DNA of 64,000 nt, from NCBI GenBank assembly GCA_030698805.1, contig JAUYMA010000004.1:19065-83064 (forward strand), given 5' to 3'. The DNA comes from Nanobdellota archaeon (GTDB lineage Archaea > Nanobdellota > Nanobdellia > Pacearchaeales > GW2011-AR1). The notes below the pieces were generated by a model, which saw only the letters and a program-made list of their open reading frames with translations, was not told the DNA's origin and ran no database searches. Position 1 is the first letter of the stretch, and every line of letters starts with the position of its first letter. Shown piece after piece: positions 10,056 to 18,557 of the stretch. Made by a program: the position numbers and the translations under genes.

Positions 10056-10127
10056 GGCTCTGTAACTCAGTGGTAGAGTGCGGCTCTCATGAGGCCGAAG
10101 CCGGGAGTTCAATTCTCCCCAGAGCCA
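10056..10127 (+). tRNA. tRNA-Met (anticodon CAT; elongator or Ile2-type, not initiator)
   Basis: Manual cloverleaf: acceptor GGCTCTG/CAGAGCC, D ACTC/GAGT, anticodon stem CGGCT/GGCCG, loop CTCATGA, T arm GGGAG-TTCAATT-CTCCC, discriminator A. G1-C72, so not an archaeal initiator. No encoded CCA. Confidence 0.9.
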
Positions 10128-11378
10128 TTACTTCTCTTTTACTCTAATAAATAATAAAAATGAAGCTACAAAAAAGAACAGCAAAGAAAACATTGCAAGT
10201 CTCTGATTTCCCATAAATGAAGAAATGGCTCCAAATAAAAGGGGACCTATAACTGCAGATACCTTGCTTGCGAAACTATTGAACCCGAATAAACTAAACC
10301 TTTCTTTCTCCGGAATAATATTGCTATACCACGATCTTGCTACCGACTGGCTCCCTCCTATTGTCAAGCCTGTAAGGAAAGCGATTATGTAAGCAAATAA
10401 AGTATTTTTGGGAGGCGCTATAACCAGGAGAATCACAACCATAATCCAAACAACGATTGAAAAAAGCAATATTCTTTTCTGTCCCTTTTTATCTGCAAGA
10501 GCTCCAAATAAAAGGGAGGCCGGAATTGCTACAACTTGAACAATAAGAGCGATTATGACTATTTCTGAGATAGACAATAAAAGAGTTTGTTTTGCGTAAA
10601 GGGAAGTAAAAGCAAATATGGTCACTAGTGCGTCATTCATTAAATAAAATGCAATTAAAAATAAAGAGATATTTTTCCGTCTCTTAAAGCCTTTCAGAGT
10701 ATCGAGCACTTTTCTGAAACTGATTTTTACCAAATTATAAAGGCTTTCTTTTCCTCTTTTGTGATTATCCTTGAGAGAAATAAATAAGGGGATAGAAAAT
10801 ATAATGAAAAATAATGCAGTAAGTGGAAAAGTTAATTTATATAATATAGGAGATTCATATCCTCGAGAATAGAAAGGGTGCAATAATAACATCACGATAA
10901 TCCCTCCCAAATAACCCAGGCTATATCCCAATCCTGATATTTTTCCAGTAGATTTCTTAGAGGCAAAATGTGCAAGAAAAGAGTCGTAAATGGACTGGGC
11001 CAATAAGAAGAAAAAATAGGATATAATAAATATAATTGAAGCAAAAATTAAGCTATTAGAATTAGTAAAGAAAAGTAGAGAGGCTGTAAAAGCCGCAAGG
11101 AGTGTCACGGCTATAAATTTTCTTTTCTTCTTAGACTCATAATCCATAACTGCCCCTACCAGTGGAGAGAGCAATCCTGCTAAAACCACTGCGATACCTC
11201 CGATCAGCCCCCAATAAAAATCTCCTAAAGCAGGCCCTGCTATGACTTCCTTGTAATATAGGGGGAAAACTAGGCTTAATATTAGAACAGAATAAGCTGA
11301 GTTGCCAAAGTCAAAAAAAGCCCATGATAGGGCTTTCTTCTTATCAGTTTTTCCAAAAAACCTTTCAAGGACTCTCAT
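10128..11378 (-). CDS. MFS transporter (UMF1/Atg22-like)
   Basis: 416 aa with about 12 hydrophobic segments. N-terminal LSWAFFDFGNSAYSV motif is typical of this MFS subfamily. Confidence 0.75.
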   Translation of the reverse strand: MRVLERFFGKTDKKKALSWAFFDFGNSAYSVLILSLVFPLYYKEVIAGPALGDFYWGLIGGIAVVLAGLLSPLVGAVMDYESKKKRKFIAVTLLAAFTASLLFFTNSNSLIFASIIFIISYFFFLLAQSIYDSFLAHFASKKSTGKISGLGYSLGYLGGIIVMLLLHPFYSRGYESPILYKLTFPLTALFFIIFSIPLFISLKDNHKRGKESLYNLVKISFRKVLDTLKGFKRRKNISLFLIAFYLMNDALVTIFAFTSLYAKQTLLLSISEIVIIALIVQVVAIPASLLFGALADKKGQKRILLFSIVVWIMVVILLVIAPPKNTLFAYIIAFLTGLTIGGSQSVARSWYSNIIPEKERFSLFGFNSFASKVSAVIGPLLFGAISSFMGNQRLAMFSLLFFFVASFLLFIRVKEK

Positions 11379-11402
11379 AAAAAATCCAGCACAAATAAGT
11401 TT

Positions 11403-11903
11403 TTAACTCTTAGCCCAAACTTTTCTCTTTCCGGTTCTTAAGTAAATGTCTAACATCTCCAACTCTTCATAAATGCCGGCTATAAGGTCATAATTTTTAG
11501 CCTCTTCCAGATTTACCCATGCTAGTTCTGTCAGAGCTTTGGCCAGCTTAACTTCCCCTTCTTTTGCCTCCGCATATAAACTGATGATCAAGCAGGGAAT
11601 GCCATCCGAGCGCGTATAAACCATACTTGTGATATACCCTATATTTTGAATGTCTAAATCTGTTTCTTCTTTTATTTCCCTAGCTAGAACCTCCTCAACA
11701 ACATTGTACCAATGCTCTTCAGTATCTTTCTTCCTTAAGGCATAATCTAAAACCTTGAGCTTCCCTCCTGGGACAGTCCATTTCCCAGGAAAAGCAGGCT
11801 CCCATTCTGCCCTTTTTGCAATAAGATATTTGCCGTCTTTTACCACTATTCCCGTTACAACAATGTAATGAGCTTGATTCTTATCGTACTTTATTTCATC
11901 CAT
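11403..11903 (-). CDS. Nudix hydrolase (intact Nudix box with insertion)
   Basis: PGGKL...(insert)...VLAREIKEETDLDI carries the RE-x-x-EE-x-G/D catalytic signature. Confidence 0.8.
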   Translation of the reverse strand: MDEIKYDKNQAHYIVVTGIVVKDGKYLIAKRAEWEPAFPGKWTVPGGKLKVLDYALRKKDTEEHWYNVVEEVLAREIKEETDLDIQNIGYITSMVYTRSDGIPCLIISLYAEAKEGEVKLAKALTELAWVNLEEAKNYDLIAGIYEELEMLDIYLRTGKRKVWAKS

Positions 11904-11954
11904 TTCAAATTACCATAATTTTTATATATAAATTCTAGCTCAAAAAATTTGACT

Positions 11955-12560
11955 ATGGAAAAGAAAATACTTTCTTTATTCCTTTTTAATAAAGAATTAA
12001 AGTTTAGCGAAATAGAAAAGCAGCTCTCAATTAGATCGAACAAATTAGCTTATCATCTGCATAACCTTATAAAAAAAGAGATATTAATCAAAACCGGAGA
12101 GGCCTATAAATTGAGTGATGCATCGGAAAATATTATTCCTTACTTATCAGAAAATCAATCCCCTCTTCCAGTCTTGCTCATTCATCTAGGGAACAAAAAT
12201 AAGGCTTTCTTGTATAAAAGAGAAAAAAGGCCATATAAAGATTACCTCTCTCTTCCAGGCGGGAGACTCCTTAATGGAGAGTCAATTATTGAGGCGGCAA
12301 AGAGAATAATGCTAAAAAAATTCAATATAAGAATTTTGTCCCCTAAAATAAAATTAGTTTCGCTGGAGCATGTAAAAACTAGGGGAAGAACCGTTTATTC
12401 CTTCCTGCTTATTTTGATTAAAGCCGAAACAAAAGAGAAAATTTCATTCTTTAATATAGATAAAAATAAGAAAAAGATAATTCAAAGCGATTACTTTCTA
12501 ATAAAATCGCAGGGCCAAAATAACTTGAATGTCAAAGTGTTAGTATCACGAAATTATTAA
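11955..12560 (+). CDS. wHTH (ArsR/MarR-like) domain fused to a degenerate Nudix domain; putative ligand-sensing regulator
   Basis: N-terminal LKFSEIEKQLSIRSNKLAYHLHNLIKKEILIK (wHTH). C-terminal LSLPGGRLLNGESIIEAAKRIMLKKFNI has G-x5-E-x7-R, but the REx2EE glutamates are replaced by IMLKK. Start moved to ATG 11955 (the track uses TTG 11949). Confidence 0.6.
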   Translation: MEKKILSLFLFNKELKFSEIEKQLSIRSNKLAYHLHNLIKKEILIKTGEAYKLSDASENIIPYLSENQSPLPVLLIHLGNKNKAFLYKREKRPYKDYLSLPGGRLLNGESIIEAAKRIMLKKFNIRILSPKIKLVSLEHVKTRGRTVYSFLLILIKAETKEKISFFNIDKNKKKIIQSDYFLIKSQGQNNLNVKVLVSRNY

Positions 12561-12582
12561 GAAAACATTTTATAGGCAATAA

Positions 12583-13386
12583 TTATGCCTTTTCACCATG
12601 CAAGGCTTTTCGCAATAATTGACGGTTTACTTCTTCTCTTCGCAGATCAGAAGGGAACAAAACATCCCAAACCGACTTTCTTTCTTTTTTATCGCTTAAA
12701 ACCGAGCTTAACTTCCTTATCTCTTTAGCGAATCTAGACCTCTTATTATAAACTGAAATAGGCTTTCTATGAAAGAGGGCTTTTAATCCAGTAGAATCTT
12801 CTGGAATCCTAGCCACTACTGGCAAATCCATCACTACTTCGATATCCTGCAAATTTATCTCGTATCTTGGATTTTTTATTTTATTCAAGATGATGCCATA
12901 AACTTTCTTTCCCCTTTGCTTGGCAATCTTAGCAGCTCTTAAAGAACAACTTAAAGTAGGATAATCAGGAGTAGAAACAATAAACAATCCATCTGAAGCA
13001 AGTACTGTAGAAAGAATTTCATCATTTACATTAGGAGAGGAATCAATAATTATAAAATCGTAATCTCTTTTTACTGTTTTGAGCCGGTCTTTAAGCTTTA
13101 GCATATTAAATTTCCCATTATAAAAATAACTTCCAGGCACCACATCAACGCCGAATCTACTGTGGATGGTATCACTTAATCTCACCCTCCCAGCCAAAAC
13201 ATCATGGATAGTCGATTCTGGTTCCACAATATCCATGTGTAATCCTAAATTTGGGGCAGAATAATTTGCATCGACAAGGAGAACTTTCTTATCGTGTATG
13301 ATGGACAAGGCAGAAGCCAATGAAGCAGAAATGGTTGTTTTACCAACTCCTCCTTTTATAGAAATCATCCCTATCACCTTACTCAT
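12583..13386 (-). CDS. MinD/ParA-family P-loop ATPase
   Basis: Deviant Walker A SIKGGVGKTTISASLA, Walker B-like FIIIDSSP, 267 aa. Confidence 0.8.
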   Translation of the reverse strand: MSKVIGMISIKGGVGKTTISASLASALSIIHDKKVLLVDANYSAPNLGLHMDIVEPESTIHDVLAGRVRLSDTIHSRFGVDVVPGSYFYNGKFNMLKLKDRLKTVKRDYDFIIIDSSPNVNDEILSTVLASDGLFIVSTPDYPTLSCSLRAAKIAKQRGKKVYGIILNKIKNPRYEINLQDIEVVMDLPVVARIPEDSTGLKALFHRKPISVYNKRSRFAKEIRKLSSVLSDKKERKSVWDVLFPSDLRREEVNRQLLRKALHGEKA

Positions 13387-13434
13387 AATATTATTATTGA
13401 AAATCTATTTAAAAGTGTTTCTACTCCCCTATTG

Positions 13435-13725
13435 ATGAAAAAACCGCTTATAAAGGATCCAGATTTAAGAACTGCGATAAATGAAGCTGACATAAACTTC
13501 AAAGGCCCCTCATTACGGGGGATAAGGGAAAAGCAACAAGCGTTAGATAAAGCTAGAGAATGGTACTGGGAACAGGCAAGGAGATTAGAAAGATATCATG
13601 AAAAAGCTTCTGATGAGACTCTTGGGCCTAAAATAGGCCATTTACTAGAAAATCAATATAGTAATATAAAATCAGTTATAAATGATCAATTCCGCGATTC
13701 TGTAAAAGAAAGAAGGCATTATTGA
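13435..13725 (+). CDS. hypothetical protein
   Basis: 96-aa ORF from ATG 13435, charged and helical-looking. No motif recognised. Confidence 0.3.
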   Translation: MKKPLIKDPDLRTAINEADINFKGPSLRGIREKQQALDKAREWYWEQARRLERYHEKASDETLGPKIGHLLENQYSNIKSVINDQFRDSVKERRHY

Positions 13726-13726
13726 G

Positions 13727-13797
13727 TGGACCCGCCGAGAATCGAACTCGAGTCTATCCCATGCCATGGGATCATCTTACCACTGGACCACGGGCCC
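13727..13797 (-). tRNA. tRNA-Ala (anticodon GGC)
   Basis: Reverse complement GGGCCCG...CGGGTCC-A with the G3:U70 Ala identity pair. Anticodon stem ATCCC/GGGAT, loop ATGGCAT, T arm TCGAG-TTCGATT-CTCGG. Confidence 0.85.
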
Positions 13798-13820
13798 TTC
13801 AAAATCTATGAAAAAGGCCC

Positions 13821-13828
13821 ATTATAAA
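13821..13828 (-). promoter_or_regulatory. TATA-like box (TTTATAAT) at -31..-24 of tRNA-Ala
   Basis: Fixed spacing shared by all nine tRNA genes. Confidence 0.45.
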
Positions 13829-13835
13829 TTTAATG

Positions 13836-14399
13836 CTAATAAGAACTGAACTTTATTTCGGCATCTGCCATTTTCTTGTAGAAATCCAAATCGGTTTTAT
13901 GTTCATAAGCGGTATAAAATAGTTGATCCATTCCTGTCCAAGCCGTAAACCATCCGGCAGGTTCTAAAAGAGTCTCAAAAAAATGTATTGCAAAGTTTTT
14001 CATGTTCAAAGAGGATAAATAAGAAGCTACAAAAATGAAAAGTACTCCTAATAAAGCCATAACCAAGCCTTTTCTTTTAATAGCATTCACTTCCCCCTCA
14101 AGAACATGGTGATGTCTCCGGAAATGTTCTCTCAGCCTTTTCTTTATTATTGTTTCGTGTTCAAAGCTGCGATGATGTTTAGAGATTAAAAACCTCAATT
14201 CGTAAATTCCCTTCTTATCTCTTGCAGCTCTCTTCGCTTCTAATAAGAAGTCATCTGACAGAGATCTTTCACCATAATGTCTTGGATCAAAATTTGAGAA
14301 AATACTGTTATAATCTCTGATAAGCAAACTAACTTCACTTTTAGAAAGCAGCGATTCTGTTAAAGCCTTTTCACCATCTAAATCTCTATTCTCTTCCAT
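13836..14399 (-). CDS. hypothetical membrane protein (two C-terminal TM segments)
   Basis: 187-aa ORF. Soluble charged N-terminal half, His-rich RRHHHV, then two hydrophobic helices. Confidence 0.45.
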   Translation of the reverse strand: MEENRDLDGEKALTESLLSKSEVSLLIRDYNSIFSNFDPRHYGERSLSDDFLLEAKRAARDKKGIYELRFLISKHHRSFEHETIIKKRLREHFRRHHHVLEGEVNAIKRKGLVMALLGVLFIFVASYLSSLNMKNFAIHFFETLLEPAGWFTAWTGMDQLFYTAYEHKTDLDFYKKMADAEIKFSSY

Positions 14400-14430
14400 C
14401 CTCTTTTATTTCCTTAAGAGCCTTGACAAA

Positions 14431-15354
14431 TTAACTTTTCTCGGCAGCAGCAACCTTTGCTCTTAATTTGTCTTCTAATTTAAGCTTCTCGATTAGTTCC
14501 TTATATCTATTCCTGATAGTTACTTCTGTAATGCCTGCAACATCTGCAACTTCTCTCTGAGTTTTCTTCTCGTCATTCATCAATGCAGCTACGTATAATG
14601 CCGCGGCTGCAACTCCTGCCGGGCCTCTCCCGGAAGTAAGCTCTGATATGTCTGCTTTTTTCAGTATTCTAAGCGCTTCATTTTGAGCCTTTGGAGATAA
14701 GTGTAAAATTGAGGAAAATCTTGAAACATAATCTTTGGGAGAGCTGGGAGTAACTTTGATCCTCAGTTTTCTCACTATAAATCGATATGTTCTGCCAATT
14801 TCTTTTCTCTCAACATCAGATGCAGCTGCTATTTCATCTAAAGTTCTGGGAATATTATAGCTTCTGCAAGCGGCATAAATGCATGCGGCAATTACCGATT
14901 CCATACTTCTACCTCTGACAAGTCCTCTTTGCAATACGAAATTGTAAACTCTTGAAGACTCATCTCTTACTACTGAAGGCAAACTTAAGAAACTAGCGAC
15001 TCTCCTCAATTCAGCCATTGCAAGCCTAAGGTTTCTTTCGATAGATGTAGAAACTCTTTCCTGCCATTTTTTTAATCTTAAGAATTTTCTAGTCTGCCCT
15101 GCTTCTAATTTGTAGATATCAGATATCTCGCCTACATTGGTAGTAAGCCCTTTATCAAACTTTTGTAGAGAAATAGGCGCGCCCCCTCTTCCTTTTTTAT
15201 CGCTTTTATCAAACTGCCCCCCTGCATCCTGGCCAGTATCCACCATCTTTTCTTCGACGATAAGGCCGCAATCATTGCAAATGATCTCGCCTTTTTGATC
15301 ATCATATGTGAGGCTGACACTTCCACATTCCGGGCATCTTCTTACGTAAGTCAT
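14431..15354 (-). CDS. tfb: transcription initiation factor B (TFB/TFIIB)
   Basis: N-terminal zinc ribbon CPECGS...CNDCG followed by two cyclin-fold repeats (e.g. GRSMESVIAACIYAACR, GPAGVAAAALYVAA). Confidence 0.95.
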   Translation of the reverse strand: MTYVRRCPECGSVSLTYDDQKGEIICNDCGLIVEEKMVDTGQDAGGQFDKSDKKGRGGAPISLQKFDKGLTTNVGEISDIYKLEAGQTRKFLRLKKWQERVSTSIERNLRLAMAELRRVASFLSLPSVVRDESSRVYNFVLQRGLVRGRSMESVIAACIYAACRSYNIPRTLDEIAAASDVERKEIGRTYRFIVRKLRIKVTPSSPKDYVSRFSSILHLSPKAQNEALRILKKADISELTSGRGPAGVAAAALYVAALMNDEKKTQREVADVAGITEVTIRNRYKELIEKLKLEDKLRAKVAAAEKS

Positions 15355-15411
15355 AGAAATTCACCAAAAGGTTTAAAAATCTATGCTTTGAACATTATTT
15401 AAAGCTTTCGG

Positions 15412-15780
15412 TTACTTTTTTTCTTCTAAAAGAACTGCATTGACACAGCCTTCTTGGCTTGGTCTATTGGTTATTCTGGCCTTTCCTAAAGAAGTTGCAA
15501 TAATCGCACCTTTCATTAATCTATTTTGACGTGCAAAAAACCTATTCTGAGGCGTTTCCTCGACGTTAATAATCTCTGCCCTTTGAGACTTTCCCTTATT
15601 AACAATATTAGCATAATCCTCTCTTAGAAGAATAGTTTTAATATTTCCACCTGTAACTCTCAAAGCTTTTCTTTTAGTATCTCCCAATACTGCTTCTCTC
15701 ACTTGTCCAGATCTTTCAAATAATTTTGTCTTTCTAAATGAGTGGTATTTCCCGCCTGATATCTTTCTGCCTTTATTCAT
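15412..15780 (-). CDS. rps8e: ribosomal protein S8e (eS8)
   Basis: MNKGRKISGGKYHSFRKTK...VTGGNIKTILLR...KGAIIATSLGKARITNRPSQEGCVNAVLL matches S8e. Confidence 0.9.
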   Translation of the reverse strand: MNKGRKISGGKYHSFRKTKLFERSGQVREAVLGDTKRKALRVTGGNIKTILLREDYANIVNKGKSQRAEIINVEETPQNRFFARQNRLMKGAIIATSLGKARITNRPSQEGCVNAVLLEEKK

Positions 15781-15814
15781 AAAAATACTGTTAAAAGTTA
15801 GTTTAAATATCTTT

Positions 15815-16453
15815 TTATTTTATCGGCCTTGCATATAATTCAAGAGAAGGAGGATGCAGGTACTTAGACGCCCCTATCCCTTCTAACTCGCCCGCAATTA
15901 TCTCAGCCATTTCTCTTTCGGCAGTAGAAAGATCTGAATTGATAAGGTGATATTGACTATGTTCTCTGCCCGTTACTATTTCACTATAAGCTTCTCTCAT
16001 CCTAATAGGAATTGCTTCCATTTTTTCTCCTCTCTGAAGCAATCTCTCTTCCAATATTGCAATATTTGGAGGATAAATAAATATAGTCGCGCAAGAGTCA
16101 AGATTTCTCTTTAAGGCAATCAGACCTTGAATATCTACAATGAATAAAGCGCTTTTATTAATTCCTCGAATACGCCTTATCTCGCTTACATGATTGCCAT
16201 ACATATTTCCATAAATCTCTGCCCATTCAAGAAATCTCCCTGCCCCAACATCTTGAACAAATTGTGCCCTATCAAAGAAATGATAATCTATTCCATTTCT
16301 TTCCATCTCCCCATTATCTCTCAATCTCGGATCTCTAGTGGTGGTAGTAATGACTCTCTCTAATTCTGGAAATTTACTAATCATCCTATCAACAAGAGTA
16401 GTTTTACCAGCTCCTGAAGCGCCAGATATTACGAATGGTTTGAATTTTTCCAT
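15815..16453 (-). CDS. gmk: guanylate kinase-like P-loop kinase
   Basis: P-loop ISGASGAGKTTL, then TTTTRDPR...GIDYHF, as in guanylate kinases. Confidence 0.75.
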   Translation of the reverse strand: MEKFKPFVISGASGAGKTTLVDRMISKFPELERVITTTTRDPRLRDNGEMERNGIDYHFFDRAQFVQDVGAGRFLEWAEIYGNMYGNHVSEIRRIRGINKSALFIVDIQGLIALKRNLDSCATIFIYPPNIAILEERLLQRGEKMEAIPIRMREAYSEIVTGREHSQYHLINSDLSTAEREMAEIIAGELEGIGASKYLHPPSLELYARPIK

Positions 16454-16520
16454 ATTGAAAGGCTGCGTTTAAAGGCTTTAAAAAAATTGTGGGAATAAGA
16501 AAAGTTAGAAAGATTATTTT

Positions 16521-17021
16521 CTAATAAACTTCGATAGGAAGTATAATTCTCTGATCATTTCCATCATTTACTTCTATAGAAATATATATTATCGACCCAG
16601 GTTGAGGTTTTGCAAAATTCTTATTAAAAAACTCATTAAGACTGCTCCTAGCTTCTCGATTAATTTGGATCTGACTCTCAATAGATAATTGAATTGTATT
16701 TTCTTCAATAACCGGGTCTGTCTCAGGCACTTCAATAACCGGGTCTGTCTCAACCACTTCAATAACTTCCTCAGATTCTTCAAAGGGAGGAATAGAGCCA
16801 TACCCTGATCCGTATCCTGAACCGTAACCAGATCCATAACCTGAGCCATACCCTGAGCCATAATCTTCCCCATAACCGCTTATAACAAAAGAAGTAAGAT
16901 TGGAATCAAAAAAAGAGAATAGGAAAAATAGGAAAAATAAAAAACTAGCTATAAATGTAAAAAAGTAGTCAAACTTATTCCTCTTATTTGCTTTATTTTT
17001 CTTCATTATATTAACCCCCAT
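16521..17021 (-). CDS. anchored/secreted repeat protein with (GYGS)n tract and tandem VIEVxETDP repeat
   Basis: TM FFFTFIASFLFFLFFLFSFF, then GYGEDYGSGYGSGYGSGYGSGYGSGYGS, then VIEVVETDPVIEVPETDPVIEEN. An alternative start at Met6 (17006) would give a 1-nt TAATG overlap with the upstream gene. Confidence 0.55.
   Translation of the reverse strand: MGVNIMKKNKANKRNKFDYFFTFIASFLFFLFFLFSFFDSNLTSFVISGYGEDYGSGYGSGYGSGYGSGYGSGYGSIPPFEESEEVIEVVETDPVIEVPETDPVIEENTIQLSIESQIQINREARSSLNEFFNKNFAKPQPGSIIYISIEVNDGNDQRIILPIEVY
16704..16766. repeat. 27-nt tandem repeat (2 full copies plus a 9-nt partial), coding
   Basis: ttcaataaccgggtctgtctcaggcac / ttcaataaccgggtctgtctcaaccac / ttcaataac. Encodes VIEV(P/V)ETDP units. 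Confidence 0.85.
16795..16880. repeat. imperfect 12-nt tandem repeat, coding for (GYGS)n
   Basis: Units such as gccataccctga / tccgtatcctga / accgtaaccaga / tccataacctga / gccataccctga are visible directly. Confidence 0.8.
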
Positions 17022-17704
17022 TTCTGAGCTTTATCTAACAAGCAGGAATTCTTCGAGTCTCCGCTCTTGAATAAACAGGATAATTTAACCATTCCTCTCT
17101 CTAAAAAAGAAACGCCTGATAGTATTTCTCTGCTATTCTTGCATTGATCATCTGTACAGATATTGCTTGCACATTCATAATTATTTTTACATTCTAGGCC
17201 ATTTTGTTTTTGCAAACTAATTATTTTATTTATGCCACAATATTTTTTCTCTTTTCCAGAATCCAAAGCAAATCTCTGGCCTTCTCCAAAACATTTATCA
17301 TTAGTAAAACACCCCTCACACTGATTTCCAGTACTCTGTTGCATGCTGTCTGTCAAATCCTGCTCAGCAAAAATTGCACCTGTCTCGTTCGAATCTTGAG
17401 ATCCTTCCATGTTGATCCCAGAATCGCACCTTCCTTGATTGCATGCAAGCTCACACTGATGATACTCGGCGGCACTTCTCCCATCATTACAAGTGAACTC
17501 AACCAAATAATTGCTATTTGGGCTATCTAAGCAAAAGTCCTGTAAAATGACGCCGTTACTCAAAGAAACTATTCCTACAGAAGAATAAGAAAGTCCGTCA
17601 GAATCACTTATGCAAGTAGGGGAATTTTCACCTGAAACATTTGTAAGGAAGGTAAATATAAAAGTGAGAGCAAACAACCCTAAATAAATATTCCACCTCA
17701 TCAT
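17006..17704 (-). CDS. secreted cysteine-rich protein
   Basis: Signal peptide MMRWNIYLGLFALTFIFTFLTNVSG. 20+ Cys. N-terminal C-x-DSDG...D-x-C...EFTC module plus EGF-like CxxC spacing in the C-terminal half. Confidence 0.55.
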   Translation of the reverse strand: MMRWNIYLGLFALTFIFTFLTNVSGENSPTCISDSDGLSYSSVGIVSLSNGVILQDFCLDSPNSNYLVEFTCNDGRSAAEYHQCELACNQGRCDSGINMEGSQDSNETGAIFAEQDLTDSMQQSTGNQCEGCFTNDKCFGEGQRFALDSGKEKKYCGINKIISLQKQNGLECKNNYECASNICTDDQCKNSREILSGVSFLERGMVKLSCLFKSGDSKNSCLLDKAQKWGLI

Positions 17705-17816
17705 AAGGAGATGTTTGGCCCTCTTATATATTTTTCGCTCGTATTTGAATAATATAATCTAAAATATAAAAAACAACTAGCGATAAGTTTAAATACGTAG
17801 TAATTTCTCTGCAAAT

Positions 17817-18062
17817 ATGGTAAACGGAATAGAAAGACCTCTTGATTTACTAAATGCTTCGAAGGGAAAAGAAGTATTAGTGCAGTTGAAAGGTGAAAAA
17901 CAGTTTGTTGGAACTCTTTTAGCATTTGATATCCACATAAATATTGTATTAGATAATGCCAAGGAAATGGATAACGGTCAAGCAAAGAAAAACATTGGTT
18001 TAACCTTCTTACGTGGAGATACAATAATCTATATCTCCCCTGCTTCAACTTCTTTAAAATAA
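17817..18062 (+). CDS. Sm-like archaeal protein (SmAP/LSm)
   Basis: Sm1 (VLVQLKGEKQFVGTLLAFDIHINIVLDNAKE) and Sm2 (FLRGDTIIYISP) motifs. Confidence 0.9.
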   Translation: MVNGIERPLDLLNASKGKEVLVQLKGEKQFVGTLLAFDIHINIVLDNAKEMDNGQAKKNIGLTFLRGDTIIYISPASTSLK

Positions 18063-18119
18063 TTAAAGATGCTTTCTTAAAAGATGTTGCTCCGATAACT
18101 AGGTATTTCTTCGGATCAA

Positions 18120-18557
18120 TTAGAAACGAAAGATTTCTATAAATTTCTCAATAAATTTTCTAGTTGAGGAATTAAGATTTAAAGTGAAAGATTTCCGAGG
18201 ATTAATCCAAACATATTCCTGGAGTTCCTCGTTTAATTTTACTTCATTGCTTTTGGCTTTAGCGGAGTAGTTAAGAAAGATCATATGTTTCTTCGAATTA
18301 TAGTCTTCAGGAAATATGCTTTCATCTACGCTGATCAATTGAATATTCTCAATGTCTAAATGGGTTTCTTCCTTAACCTCTCTTTTCACACCTTCCTCCA
18401 AGCTTTCTCCCAAATCAAGCTTTCCTCCTGGAACTACCCACTGATCTTTCCATTTATGCGACCTAGCAAGGAAGATATTGTTTTCATGATTATAAATGAT
18501 AACTCCCATAATCACTCTAGGAACCTCTGAATTTTGCTTGCGAGAATTTTCAGTCAT
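18120..18557 (-). CDS. Nudix hydrolase
   Basis: Canonical Nudix box PGGKLDLGESLEEGVKREVKEETHLDI. Confidence 0.8.
   Translation of the reverse strand: MTENSRKQNSEVPRVIMGVIIYNHENNIFLARSHKWKDQWVVPGGKLDLGESLEEGVKREVKEETHLDIENIQLISVDESIFPEDYNSKKHMIFLNYSAKAKSNEVKLNEELQEYVWINPRKSFTLNLNSSTRKFIEKFIEIFRF

Noticed and set aside
16704-16880. Short tandem DNA repeats checked as a possible CRISPR array or satellite.
   Set aside because: The repeats are contiguous with no spacers, in frame, and encode GYGS and VIEVxETDP peptide repeats inside an ORF. No CRISPR array or cas gene is visible anywhere in the window.
17701-18048. 115-aa minus-strand ORF overlapping the Sm-protein gene.
   Set aside because: The plus-strand frame encodes canonical Sm1/Sm2 motifs. 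The minus-strand product has no features and an odd composition.
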